DNA of 64,000 nt from Pseudomonadota bacterium (GTDB lineage: Bacteria; Pseudomonadota; Gammaproteobacteria; Steroidobacterales; Steroidobacteraceae). Below are positions 38,211 to 47,379 of the stretch, piece by piece. Each line of letters starts with the position of its first letter. Within the stretch, counting starts at the first letter, position 1. A program made the translations under genes and the position numbers. The notes under the pieces are model-generated. The model searched no databases. It was given only the letters and a program-made list of their open reading frames with translations, and had not been told where the DNA came from. The DNA lies in the NCBI GenBank assembly GCA_023423935.1, contig JAFAEQ010000058.1:48943-112942 (forward strand), read 5' to 3'.

Positions 38211-41200
38211 TCAGGCGTTAGCGGGCGTCGCGGCTGGCGCAGGAATCTGCTCTGCCTCCATCTCCGGCGCCTTGCGATGATCCGCCGCGATGAAGCTGTA
38301 GAACACTGGCACCACGAACAACGTGAACAGGGTGCCGACGATCATGCCGGTCACCAGCACGATGCCGATGCTGTTGCGGGCTTCGGCACCGGGGCCCGAC
38401 ACGAGGACCAGCGGGAAATGGCCGAACACCGTCGCTGCCGACGTCATGAGTACCGGACGCAGTCGTGTCAGCGATGCCTCGCGCAGGGCCGCGAGCTTCT
38501 CCAGTCCCCGCGCCTGAAGAGTATTCGCGAACTCGACGATCAGAATGCCGTTCTTCGCGATCAGTCCGACGAGGGTGATCAGTCCGACCTGCGAGTAGAT
38601 GTTGATCGTCGTGAGATCCAGGAACGTGAATACCAGCGCGCCCGAGATCGCGAGCGGCACGGAACCCAGCAGGACGATCAGCGGGTCGCGGAAGCTGTGG
38701 AACTGCGCGGCCAGCACGAGGTAGATCAGGATGACCGCAAAACCCAGCGTCGAGCTGAGCGCCGCACCTTCCTGTCGGATCTGGCGCGATTCGCCCGCAT
38801 AGTCCACGAGCGTTGTCGATCCGCCCGCCTTTGCTGCCGCCGCCTCGAGAATCTCGAGGCCCTCTGCTTTGGTCACGCCCGGCTGTACGCCGCCAAAGAT
38901 CCGCGCCGAGTTGCGCTGCTGAAAACGATTCAGCGTCCGCGGACCGGTGCTCGATTCGATGTGCATGAAGGTCGACACCGGCACGAGACTGCCGTCAGGT
39001 GTCTTGATCTTCAGATCCAGCAGCGGATCGAGCGTCGCACGATCCTCATCGCCGATCTGCGGAATCACCTTGTAGCTGCGATCGAAATAGTTGAAGCGAT
39101 TTACATAGGCGCCGCCGAGCAGCGTGCCCAGCTCACGCCCGACCGTGGCGAGATCGAGCCCGAGATCTGCCAGGCGCTCGCGATCGAGGACCACGCGCGC
39201 CTGTGGCAGGTCGAACTTCAGATCGGTATCGACATAGAGGAACTTGCCGCTGCGCGCGCCGGCATCGAGCACGGCCTGCGTCGTTTCCATCAGTTCCTCG
39301 AGCGAGGCTTCGTTCTGGACGATCAGCTCGACGTCGTATTGACCTGGCGTGGGCAACGGCGGATCAAGCCGCGGAAATACGCGCAGGCCGGGCACCTGAG
39401 ACACCGCTCCGAAAACCTCACCGTACATGTCTTCGGTGGAGCGATCGCGGTGTTCCCAATCCTTCGCTACCAGGCCGCCGAAGCCGCCCCAGCTGGCGGT
39501 CAGCGACCACATGAACTCGGTTTCCGGAAACGCGGTGATCGCTTTCACGATGGTCTGCGAATCGCGATCCGTTGCCTCGAGCGTCGAATCCGGAGCGGAC
39601 TCGAAGAACAGGCTGATATGGCTCTGATCTTCGACCGGGGCGAGCTCCTGTCGCGAATACATATAGAGCGGCCAGGCAGCCAGGGTGACGATGACGGCGA
39701 CGAGCACGATGGCCCAGCGGATGCCGAGCGCACCGTCGAGTGCACGGGCATAGGCTCGTGCAACGACGTCGAATGCGCGATTCACGAAGGCAGTGAGCCG
39801 CCCTTCGCGGCCATGCGCATGAACGAAACGCGAGCTCATGACCGGCGACAGCGTGAGCGCGACGATGCCCGATACCACGACGGCCGCAGCGAGCGTGATG
39901 GCGAACTCCAGGAACAGCGAGCCCGTGAGCCCACCCTGAAAGGCAATCGGCGTGTAGACGGTCGCAAGCGTGATGGTCATGGCCACGATCGGACCTGCGA
40001 GCTCGCGTGCACCGAGCAGCGCGGCATCGACACGGCTCTTGCCTTCGCGCACATGACGCTCGACGTTCTCGACGACCACGATGGCATCGTCGACGACCAG
40101 CCCCACCGACAGCACGATGGCGAGAATGGTGAGCAGATTCAGACTGAAGCCAAACGCCAGCATTACGATAGCGGCACCGACCAGCGACACGGGCATCGCG
40201 ACCAGCGGTACGAGCGCAGTGCGGATGGAGCCCATGAACAGGAATACGACGATGGCGACGATGAGCACCGTCTCGCCCAGCGTCTTCGTGATCTCCTTGA
40301 GCGCGCTGCGCATGAACTTCGTGCCATCCCAGACCAGGCGCATTTCGATGTCGCCAGGCAACGTGGGCTCGATGCGTTTCATTTCATCGCGCAGATGCTG
40401 CGCGACTTCGATCTCGTTGGATCCCGGCAGCGGCCAGACACCGAGATAGACACTCTGCTGTTCGTTGTACTTCGCGACCAGCGTAGCCTCCTCGGCGCCG
40501 AGCTCCACACGCGCCACATCGCTCAATCGCACGATCGCGCCGTCCCGGTCGGCCACGATCAGATTCTCGAACTCCTCGACGGCGCGCAGGTCGGTGTTGG
40601 CCAGCAGATTCACCTGCACGAGGTTGCCTTTGGTCTGGCCGACGGCGGCGAGATAGTTATTCCGCTGCAAGGCTGCGTGCACATCGCCCGGCGAAAGCCC
40701 CCTCGATGCCAGACGATCCGGATCGATCCACACCCGCATCGCGAGCGGTCGACTGCCTTCGAACGTGATCCGCTGCACGCCTTCGAGCGTCGAGAGCTGC
40801 GGTTGCAGGGTGCGAGCGAGCCAGTCCGTCAGTGCAGGGACATCGCGATCGCTCGAAGTGAATCCCAGGTAGAAGGTCGCATACGGACGATCTGCGCGCT
40901 GCACTTCCACGGCAGGCGGCTCGGCTTCGGACGGAAGCTCAGAGCGGACCTGCTGTAATCGTGCGGTGATCTCGGCAAGTGCATCGGTGCTGTCGTGATC
41001 GAGCTTCAATCGCACCGTGACCGTGCTCAGGCCCGCGCGGCTTTGCGACTCGACGTAGTCGACACCGCTGATCGAGGCGACGGCGCGCTCGATCGGCGTC
41101 GTGAGGAATCCACGCACGGTCTCGGCGCTCGCGCCGGTGTAGACCGTGGTGATCAGGACGGACGAGCTTTCGATACTCGGGAACTGCTGAACGGGCAGCG

Positions 41201-41294
41201 TGTGCAGCGCACGCGCGCCGACGAGCAGCAGCACCAGATTGGCGACGATCGCCAGGACAGGATGCCGGATGAAAATATCCGTAAACGAACGCAT
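38211..41294 (-). CDS. RND efflux permease (AcrB/D/F family)
   Basis: FIRHPV, GLVVDDAIVVVENV, GLIAKNGILIVE, RLRPVLMT. Confidence 0.95.
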   Translation of the reverse strand: MRSFTDIFIRHPVLAIVANLVLLLVGARALHTLPVQQFPSIESSSVLITTVYTGASAETVRGFLTTPIERAVASISGVDYVESQSRAGLSTVTVRLKLDHDSTDALAEITARLQQVRSELPSEAEPPAVEVQRADRPYATFYLGFTSSDRDVPALTDWLARTLQPQLSTLEGVQRITFEGSRPLAMRVWIDPDRLASRGLSPGDVHAALQRNNYLAAVGQTKGNLVQVNLLANTDLRAVEEFENLIVADRDGAIVRLSDVARVELGAEEATLVAKYNEQQSVYLGVWPLPGSNEIEVAQHLRDEMKRIEPTLPGDIEMRLVWDGTKFMRSALKEITKTLGETVLIVAIVVFLFMGSIRTALVPLVAMPVSLVGAAIVMLAFGFSLNLLTILAIVLSVGLVVDDAIVVVENVERHVREGKSRVDAALLGARELAGPIVAMTITLATVYTPIAFQGGLTGSLFLEFAITLAAAVVVSGIVALTLSPVMSSRFVHAHGREGRLTAFVNRAFDVVARAYARALDGALGIRWAIVLVAVIVTLAAWPLYMYSRQELAPVEDQSHISLFFESAPDSTLEATDRDSQTIVKAITAFPETEFMWSLTASWGGFGGLVAKDWEHRDRSTEDMYGEVFGAVSQVPGLRVFPRLDPPLPTPGQYDVELIVQNEASLEELMETTQAVLDAGARSGKFLYVDTDLKFDLPQARVVLDRERLADLGLDLATVGRELGTLLGGAYVNRFNYFDRSYKVIPQIGDEDRATLDPLLDLKIKTPDGSLVPVSTFMHIESSTGPRTLNRFQQRNSARIFGGVQPGVTKAEGLEILEAAAAKAGGSTTLVDYAGESRQIRQEGAALSSTLGFAVILIYLVLAAQFHSFRDPLIVLLGSVPLAISGALVFTFLDLTTINIYSQVGLITLVGLIAKNGILIVEFANTLQARGLEKLAALREASLTRLRPVLMTSAATVFGHFPLVLVSGPGAEARNSIGIVLVTGMIVGTLFTLFVVPVFYSFIAADHRKAPEMEAEQIPAPAATPANA

Positions 41295-41372
41295 GACTCG
41301 CTCCGCGAGATAAAAGAGAACCGCTGCGAGGCTCGAGGAGCCTCGCCACAAGGATCGAAACGCGAATGTGAA

Positions 41373-42485
41373 CTAGAGGTTGTGCGCGAGCGCCTCAGGC
41401 GCATTCTCGAACGTCACGAGCGCTGCCTCACGCAACTTGAATGAGCCGGATGCGGCCACCTGTTCGCCCTCCGACAGGCCTCGACCGATCACAACTTCGT
41501 CTCCCGTCATCGCATCCACCTGCACCTGACGGACGTGCACACGCGGTTTACCGTCCTTGTCGATTGCGACGACGAACACGTGATCGCCTGCCGGCCCTTT
41601 GCGCAACGCGCTCGCCGGAACAGCCACGACTTTCGCAGGCTCGCCCACAGGAACCTGAACTCGCACCGATGCGCCTGGTACCGCTGCAGTCAGAGCCGCG
41701 CTATCGATCCTGGCGCGCACGGTTGCATTGCGCGTCGTCGGATCGACGCGCGCATCGATCGCAAGAATTCTGGCGCCCACCGCAGGCCCGTCGTTCGTTG
41801 CTCGCACATCGACCAACATGCCTTCACGCAAGCGCGCCGCCACCTGCTGCGCCACGCTGAAGTCCACATAGGCCGACGAATCGACACCCTGGAGCGTCGT
41901 CAATAGCGTGCCTTCGTTCAGATACTGCCCCGGATGCACATCGGCGATGCCCACGCGCGCGCGGAACGGTGCGCGAATCGTTTTCTTCTCGATCACAGCA
42001 CGCGTGCGTGCGATCTGTGCAAGCGCAACGTCGCGCTCCGCCCTTGCCGTGTCGAGCTCCATCTCGGACGCCGCGCGTTGCCCGACCATGCGCTCCATGC
42101 GGGCGAACTGCGTCCTCGCGAGTTCTGCCTGAGCTTCGAGTGCGCGCAACTCCGCCTGCTCGACAGAAACATCGAGGCCGACCAGCACCGTCCCTGCTTC
42201 GACGATCGATCCAGGCACCAACGCTACCTGCCGCACCGTGCCAGAGACTTCATTGCGCACCGTGATCGACTGCAATGCCACCACTGTGCCAATCGAAGTC
42301 GTGGTGCGGACATGCTCGCGCGACCGGGCAATGGCCACTGCAATCGATTCCGCAGGCTCCGGCTGGCCGGCCGCGACTGCCTCCGATTCAGCGATGCTTG
42401 CCTGCTTCCAGGCTGCTAGCGCAGTGCCCGTGCCGATGATCGCTCCAATCAGAACGACAGGTGCAATCCATTTACGACGAATCAT
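41373..42485 (-). CDS. RND periplasmic adaptor (MFP)
   Basis: EVSGTV, IRAPF, IDARVDPTTR; GGGGAGG RBS. Confidence 0.93.
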   Translation of the reverse strand: MIRRKWIAPVVLIGAIIGTGTALAAWKQASIAESEAVAAGQPEPAESIAVAIARSREHVRTTTSIGTVVALQSITVRNEVSGTVRQVALVPGSIVEAGTVLVGLDVSVEQAELRALEAQAELARTQFARMERMVGQRAASEMELDTARAERDVALAQIARTRAVIEKKTIRAPFRARVGIADVHPGQYLNEGTLLTTLQGVDSSAYVDFSVAQQVAARLREGMLVDVRATNDGPAVGARILAIDARVDPTTRNATVRARIDSAALTAAVPGASVRVQVPVGEPAKVVAVPASALRKGPAGDHVFVVAIDKDGKPRVHVRQVQVDAMTGDEVVIGRGLSEGEQVAASGSFKLREAALVTFENAPEALAHNL

Positions 42486-42928
42486 GTATGCCTCCCCAAC
42501 GACCAGGCGCGTAACTTATGCGGGAGGCAATGAGGCGCAAATGCGCGCGCGCGAAACTGACTCATGCCGCCGAGGCAGCAATCGGCCTTTCGAGATCGCA
42601 CTAGAGGTCACGTCGCTACGTGCGGCGCACGAAGGCAGACGCATGAACAGGATTCGCAGCGCTTTCATACGCCATCGATGACTCGGTGCGATTGATTCGA
42701 CCAAACTATGTGCGCGCGACGCCGAACAACGATTTGCTTCTGACCTGATCGCCGCCCGCTATGAGGAATCACACCGGCAACTCGAAAGACACCGTTGCAA
42801 ACTCACCAGAGCGGCGATTGACGAATGACGCCGAGGTTTTTCTCGGCACTCGCGATTGACTAATATCGGCACGCGCCCGCGACCCATTCCAAGAACTATC
42901 CGAACGATGTTCAGCTTCGGGGGGAGCC

Positions 42929-44794
42929 ATGAATCAGGAAGCCTACGAGAACTTCGTAACGCGGATCGAAACGCAAGCGCAACGTAACCCTGGTTTGTAT
43001 CGCGTGCGGCTGGGCGCCATGGCCGTGCTCGGCTACGCCTACGTCGCGCTGATTCTGGGACTGTTGCTCTGCGTGCTCGCCCTGTTCGCCCGGATGGCGC
43101 TCCATCGTTCCGGAGCAGTCATCGCCGTCAAGCTCGGCATCCTGGTCGTGCCGCTGGTCTGGGCAGTGCTGGCGGCCATGTTCGTGCGCCTGAGTCCGCC
43201 GCAAGGTCGCGAGCTCACTGCGTCCGAGGCCCTGCGCCTGTTCGACCTGATCGAGGAGATCCGACGAAAGGCAGGCGCTCCCCGCGCGCACAAGGTGCTC
43301 ATCACGGCAGAGTTCAATGCCGCCGTCGTCCAGCATCCCCGTCTCGGTGTCTTCGGCTGGCCGCGCAACTACCTGGTCCTGGGCCTGCCGCTGATGCAGG
43401 CGCTGAGTTGCGAGGAACTCCGCGCGGTCATAGCACATGAGTTCGGTCACCTGTCCGGATCGCACGGCAAGTTCGGGGCCTGGATCTATCGTCTGCGAGC
43501 CGGCTGGGCACGCCTGGCTGCTGCGCTCGATCAAAGCGATCACTGGGGGAAGTTTCTGTTCGTCCCCTTCTTCAACTGGTATGCGCCGGCCTTCGGCGCC
43601 TATTCCTTCGTGCAGGCGCGGCGTCAGGAGTACGAGGCCGACCGCGTGGCGGCCGCTGCAGCAGGTGCGCAAGCCGCCGGTCGCGCGCTCGTACGCGTCG
43701 AGTTGCAGGCGCATTTCCTCGAGGCCGAATACTGGAAAGGCATCTTTCGGCAGGCCGACACTCACCCCGCACCTGACGGTCAGCCCTTTACGGCCATGGG
43801 CCAGGCATTCGTCAAGGCCGATCCGCATCAAGCTCACGGCACGCTCGAATCGGCGCTGAAGCGAAGGACCGGTTTCGATGATACCCACCCCTGCCTGAGC
43901 GATCGGTTGCGCGCGCTGGGCGCGACGGCCTCGCTGCCCCACCCCATCGATCGATCCGCAGCCGATGAGCTGCTCGGTGGGTTCGCAGGCACGCTCGCAG
44001 CCGAGTTCGACCGCGACTGGCGCGAGAACGTCAGCCGTTGGTGGGAAGGACGTCATCAATACGTGAATGAGTCGCGTGCCCGACTGGCCGAACTGGACAC
44101 CGCGGCCGGCGAGCTCTCCGTCGAGGACGAGCTCACGCGAGCCCTGCTGACCGAAGAAGTCCGCTATGGCGACTGCGCGCTGAGGATTCTGGAGTTCCTC
44201 GCGCCTCGCGCGCAGGAGCATGCAGGCGTGCTCTTCGCACTGGGACGGCTGCGCCTGGAGCGCAACGATGAGTCTGGCCTCGGGCTGCTGCAGCAGGCCA
44301 GTGAGCGAGACCCGACGCTCGATCAGTCCGCAAGATCGCTGATCGTGCATTACCTGCACCGGCATGGCCGCAATGAAGAGGCGCGTCCGCACATCGATGC
44401 ATTGATGGCGGCCGGTCAGCGCGACGAGCTTGCCCGTCGCGAGCGTGAGCAGCTCAAGCGCGACGACACGCTGCTGCCGCATGAGATGGAGCCTGCGGCA
44501 TTGACTGCATTGACCGCGCAACTTGCCGGCTTCCCAGAAATCCGGGTCGCCTACCTGGTTCGCAAAGCGACGCGAACCTACCCCGATAGTCCCCTGTATG
44601 TACTCGGCCTGCGGCGACGCACGGCCTGGTGGAAGCTCGAATCTTCCGGAGCTGCTGAAAAATTGACCGCCCGCATCTGCCAGGAAGTCACGCTCCCCGG
44701 CGACACGTTCGTATTCTGCGTCGACGGCGATAACAAGAGCTTTCGCGCCAAGCTCAGCAAGATCCAGGGTTCGCTGATCTATCGCGCCCCCTGA
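42929..44794 (+). CDS. M48 family zinc metalloprotease with C-terminal helical extension
   Basis: FNAA, IAHEFGH, RRQEYEAD, DTHP..DRL. Confidence 0.88.
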   Translation: MNQEAYENFVTRIETQAQRNPGLYRVRLGAMAVLGYAYVALILGLLLCVLALFARMALHRSGAVIAVKLGILVVPLVWAVLAAMFVRLSPPQGRELTASEALRLFDLIEEIRRKAGAPRAHKVLITAEFNAAVVQHPRLGVFGWPRNYLVLGLPLMQALSCEELRAVIAHEFGHLSGSHGKFGAWIYRLRAGWARLAAALDQSDHWGKFLFVPFFNWYAPAFGAYSFVQARRQEYEADRVAAAAAGAQAAGRALVRVELQAHFLEAEYWKGIFRQADTHPAPDGQPFTAMGQAFVKADPHQAHGTLESALKRRTGFDDTHPCLSDRLRALGATASLPHPIDRSAADELLGGFAGTLAAEFDRDWRENVSRWWEGRHQYVNESRARLAELDTAAGELSVEDELTRALLTEEVRYGDCALRILEFLAPRAQEHAGVLFALGRLRLERNDESGLGLLQQASERDPTLDQSARSLIVHYLHRHGRNEEARPHIDALMAAGQRDELARREREQLKRDDTLLPHEMEPAALTALTAQLAGFPEIRVAYLVRKATRTYPDSPLYVLGLRRRTAWWKLESSGAAEKLTARICQEVTLPGDTFVFCVDGDNKSFRAKLSKIQGSLIYRAP

Positions 44795-44950
44795 GCTGCA
44801 GTAACAGATGGCGAGTCAACGCTGCGCGTGCTCGCGGCAATGGCGCACTGACTTTGTGCGAACCGAAATTTCAACGCCGCGACGCTTGGAAGATGTACAA
44901 CGCTATGAGTATCATCGTCCCGTCGCGTCCTGACGCTTCCATGTGACCGG

Positions 44951-45337
44951 ATGACACTCATCGAACTGCCGCGCGCACTCGAAGACTACTTCGCTTTCGC
45001 CGAAACAGAGCCGACTCGCAGAGGCCGCCGCTTTTCGATCTCGCTGCCCTACTTCAGCGGCGAGCGCATCCACCGTTTGCAATGGTGGTATCACGTCACT
45101 CCTGCGCAGGAGCAGATGTTCGAAGGCACCGGCCTCATCGTCTTCCGCCAGAGGGCCATCGAACGATTCCGTCGTCACATCGAACGCTGGCTCGCCAACA
45201 CGGGTCAGCATCTGCACGGTGCCGAGCCCATTCCCTGTGTGAGCCCATGCGCAGTCGCCACCACCTCAATGGAAGCCGACAAGCCCCTGGCAGAAGTCAT
45301 TCCCCTGCCGGTCGATCGCATCGCCGCCAGCGCCTGA
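44951..45337 (+). CDS. Hypothetical protein (128 aa)
   Basis: Protein-like composition in an otherwise empty gap. Confidence 0.65.
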   Translation: MTLIELPRALEDYFAFAETEPTRRGRRFSISLPYFSGERIHRLQWWYHVTPAQEQMFEGTGLIVFRQRAIERFRRHIERWLANTGQHLHGAEPIPCVSPCAVATTSMEADKPLAEVIPLPVDRIAASA

Positions 45338-45698
45338 TCCCTCGCCGCTGCAACGCGCGTCGTACAACAACACTTCGCGCTTTATCTCGCCCGCGAATAA
45401 CAGCGCAGCCCTGCGAGTGGTGGCGCGCACGCTCCACCGTTTGTATGCAGGCCATCCTTCGCGAGTGACATAACTGCGTCGCCCCACCGTCACATCAGCG
45501 GCCGCGAGAACTGCGCTGTCAACGACACCTTCGAAGTTGGATGCACTCGACACATCTGCCAGACGAAATGAGCCGGCCGTCACATCCCGGTCGCCAAACG
45601 GCTTCCTATCCTGCCCTCGCCGACGAATCGCTCACGACCCAGCAAGACGATGGACGGGCCATCGACTCCAGTTCGGGTCGCAAAGAAGGAAGGAAGTC

Positions 45699-46985
45699 AT
45701 GCCACTGCACGTCGACACGATCATCGAGAAACTGACTGACGGCTCGCTCACGCCCGAAGCTGCCTGCCAGGCAGTGCTGCAGGCAACGCAATCCGACCCG
45801 AACGGCACGCGTTTCTGGGGACAAAAAATCGAAGCGGCGATGACTCAGCAACGCATTCCGCGCAGCGTGGCGCGCAGCCTCCTCGATGCACTCGAGGGCT
45901 ATCCGAGCGATAAGACTGTGTGGATCGACTCCGGCCTGCCCAGCCCTGCGAGTCGCTCACTCGGCGCCGTTCCCCAGAGCGAGCGATTTCAGGCCGCCGA
46001 ACGCCTGATCGCCTCCCTCGTCGAGCGCACCAGCAAGCCCGCACCTCGCACGATTCAATCGATGCCGATGACAGGGCCGGTCGAATGGTTCGAAGGCCGC
46101 GCGCTCATCGATGCCCACACCCCGCCCGAAGAGCCCTTGAACGTCACGCCCGGGACCGTGCTACGCGACCGCTATCGGATCGTTTCGCATCTCGGCGCTG
46201 GCGGCATCGGGCAGGTCTTCGATGCCGTCGATCTCGCAAATGGCGCAGAGCCGGTCACGCTCAAAGTCGTGGCCGTGAATCTGCGTCATCAACCCGGCGC
46301 ATTCGCCACGCTGCAGGCCGCGGTGCGTCGCACACAACATCTTCAGCACGAGAACATCGTGACGATCCGCAACATCGATCGTCATGGCGACAGCGTCTTC
46401 ATCGTCATGGAACCGCTGCGCGGTCGCTGGCTGAGCGGCCTGATCCGCGAAGTCCGCGGCAAAGGCCTTCCTTACGACACCGCCTGGCCCATCATTTCAG
46501 GCATCGCAAGCGGCCTTGCCTACGCTCATGGACACGGCATCGTCCATGCGGATCTCAGCCCGCACGCCGTATTTCTGTGCGAAGACGGCACCGCCAGGAT
46601 CATGTGCTTCGAGCTCGTCCATGCATTGCCGACCAGCAACGAATCGCTCGACGTCCTCGACACGCTCACCCTGCGCGCCTACACCGAAGCGTACGCGGCC
46701 GATCCCTGGGCACAGCATTCCAAACCGCAGCCCGCAGACGATCTGTATCCGCTGGGCGTGATCGCTTACGAAATGCTCACAGGCCGCCATCCCTTCCAGC
46801 GCTCGAGCATGGCGATCGCGCGCCAGAAGAACATGAAGTTCTCCCCCATCCCCGGCCTCAACAAACGCGCCGCCCGCCTGATCGAAAACTGCCTCTCATT
46901 CGAACGCAACGACCGCCCCGAAACCGCCGACCGCTTCCTGAAGCGCATGCAGCCGACGTTGGTGGAGAGGATGCTTTCCGCGTAG
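45699..46985 (+). CDS. Hanks-type Ser/Thr kinase-fold protein, probably a pseudokinase
   Basis: RYRIVSHLGAGGIGQV, VTLK, HENIV, HADLSP, D-LYPLGVIAYEMLTGRHPF; AGGAAGG RBS. Confidence 0.85.
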   Translation: MPLHVDTIIEKLTDGSLTPEAACQAVLQATQSDPNGTRFWGQKIEAAMTQQRIPRSVARSLLDALEGYPSDKTVWIDSGLPSPASRSLGAVPQSERFQAAERLIASLVERTSKPAPRTIQSMPMTGPVEWFEGRALIDAHTPPEEPLNVTPGTVLRDRYRIVSHLGAGGIGQVFDAVDLANGAEPVTLKVVAVNLRHQPGAFATLQAAVRRTQHLQHENIVTIRNIDRHGDSVFIVMEPLRGRWLSGLIREVRGKGLPYDTAWPIISGIASGLAYAHGHGIVHADLSPHAVFLCEDGTARIMCFELVHALPTSNESLDVLDTLTLRAYTEAYAADPWAQHSKPQPADDLYPLGVIAYEMLTGRHPFQRSSMAIARQKNMKFSPIPGLNKRAARLIENCLSFERNDRPETADRFLKRMQPTLVERMLSA

Positions 46986-47375
46986 CACGCGGACGCAATT
47001 GACAATTGATAATGGACAATTGACAACGCGGATCGAAAGAATCCAGCACATTGACACTTGCTGCGGTCCGTCGCGTCATCTCAGCACGTCATGTCTTCGT
47101 CCTAGTCGTCATTTGTCCGAGGATGCTTTCTGCGTAGGCGCGGACGCAATTGACAATTGATAATGGACAATTGACAACGGCGGAATCGAACCAGGCTCAG
47201 CATCGTTCGCCTTTGCGCTTACATCGACGTCCTGTCTTCTGCCTCGTCATCACTGTCCATTGCCATCGGAGAGCATGGCGTCCCCGCCCGCCGTCGCGGC
47301 ACATCATGTCTTCTTCCTCGGTCTTCTTCCTCGGTCTTCTGCCCGTTGTCAATTGTCCATTGCCAATTATCAATT
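46967..47375. repeat. Duplicated ~60-bp block with (CAATTGA)-type heptamer array plus an inverted array
   Basis: 46967-47028 is nearly identical to 47119-47179; inverted array at 47344-47375. Confidence 0.9.
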
Positions 47376-47379
47376 CTCT

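Noticed and set aside
38145..40958. 937-aa plus-strand ORF and similar long antisense ORFs (11074-12618, 42911-44521, 51019-52371)
   Set aside because: Shadows of real genes in high-GC DNA; Arg-rich with no recognisable motifs.
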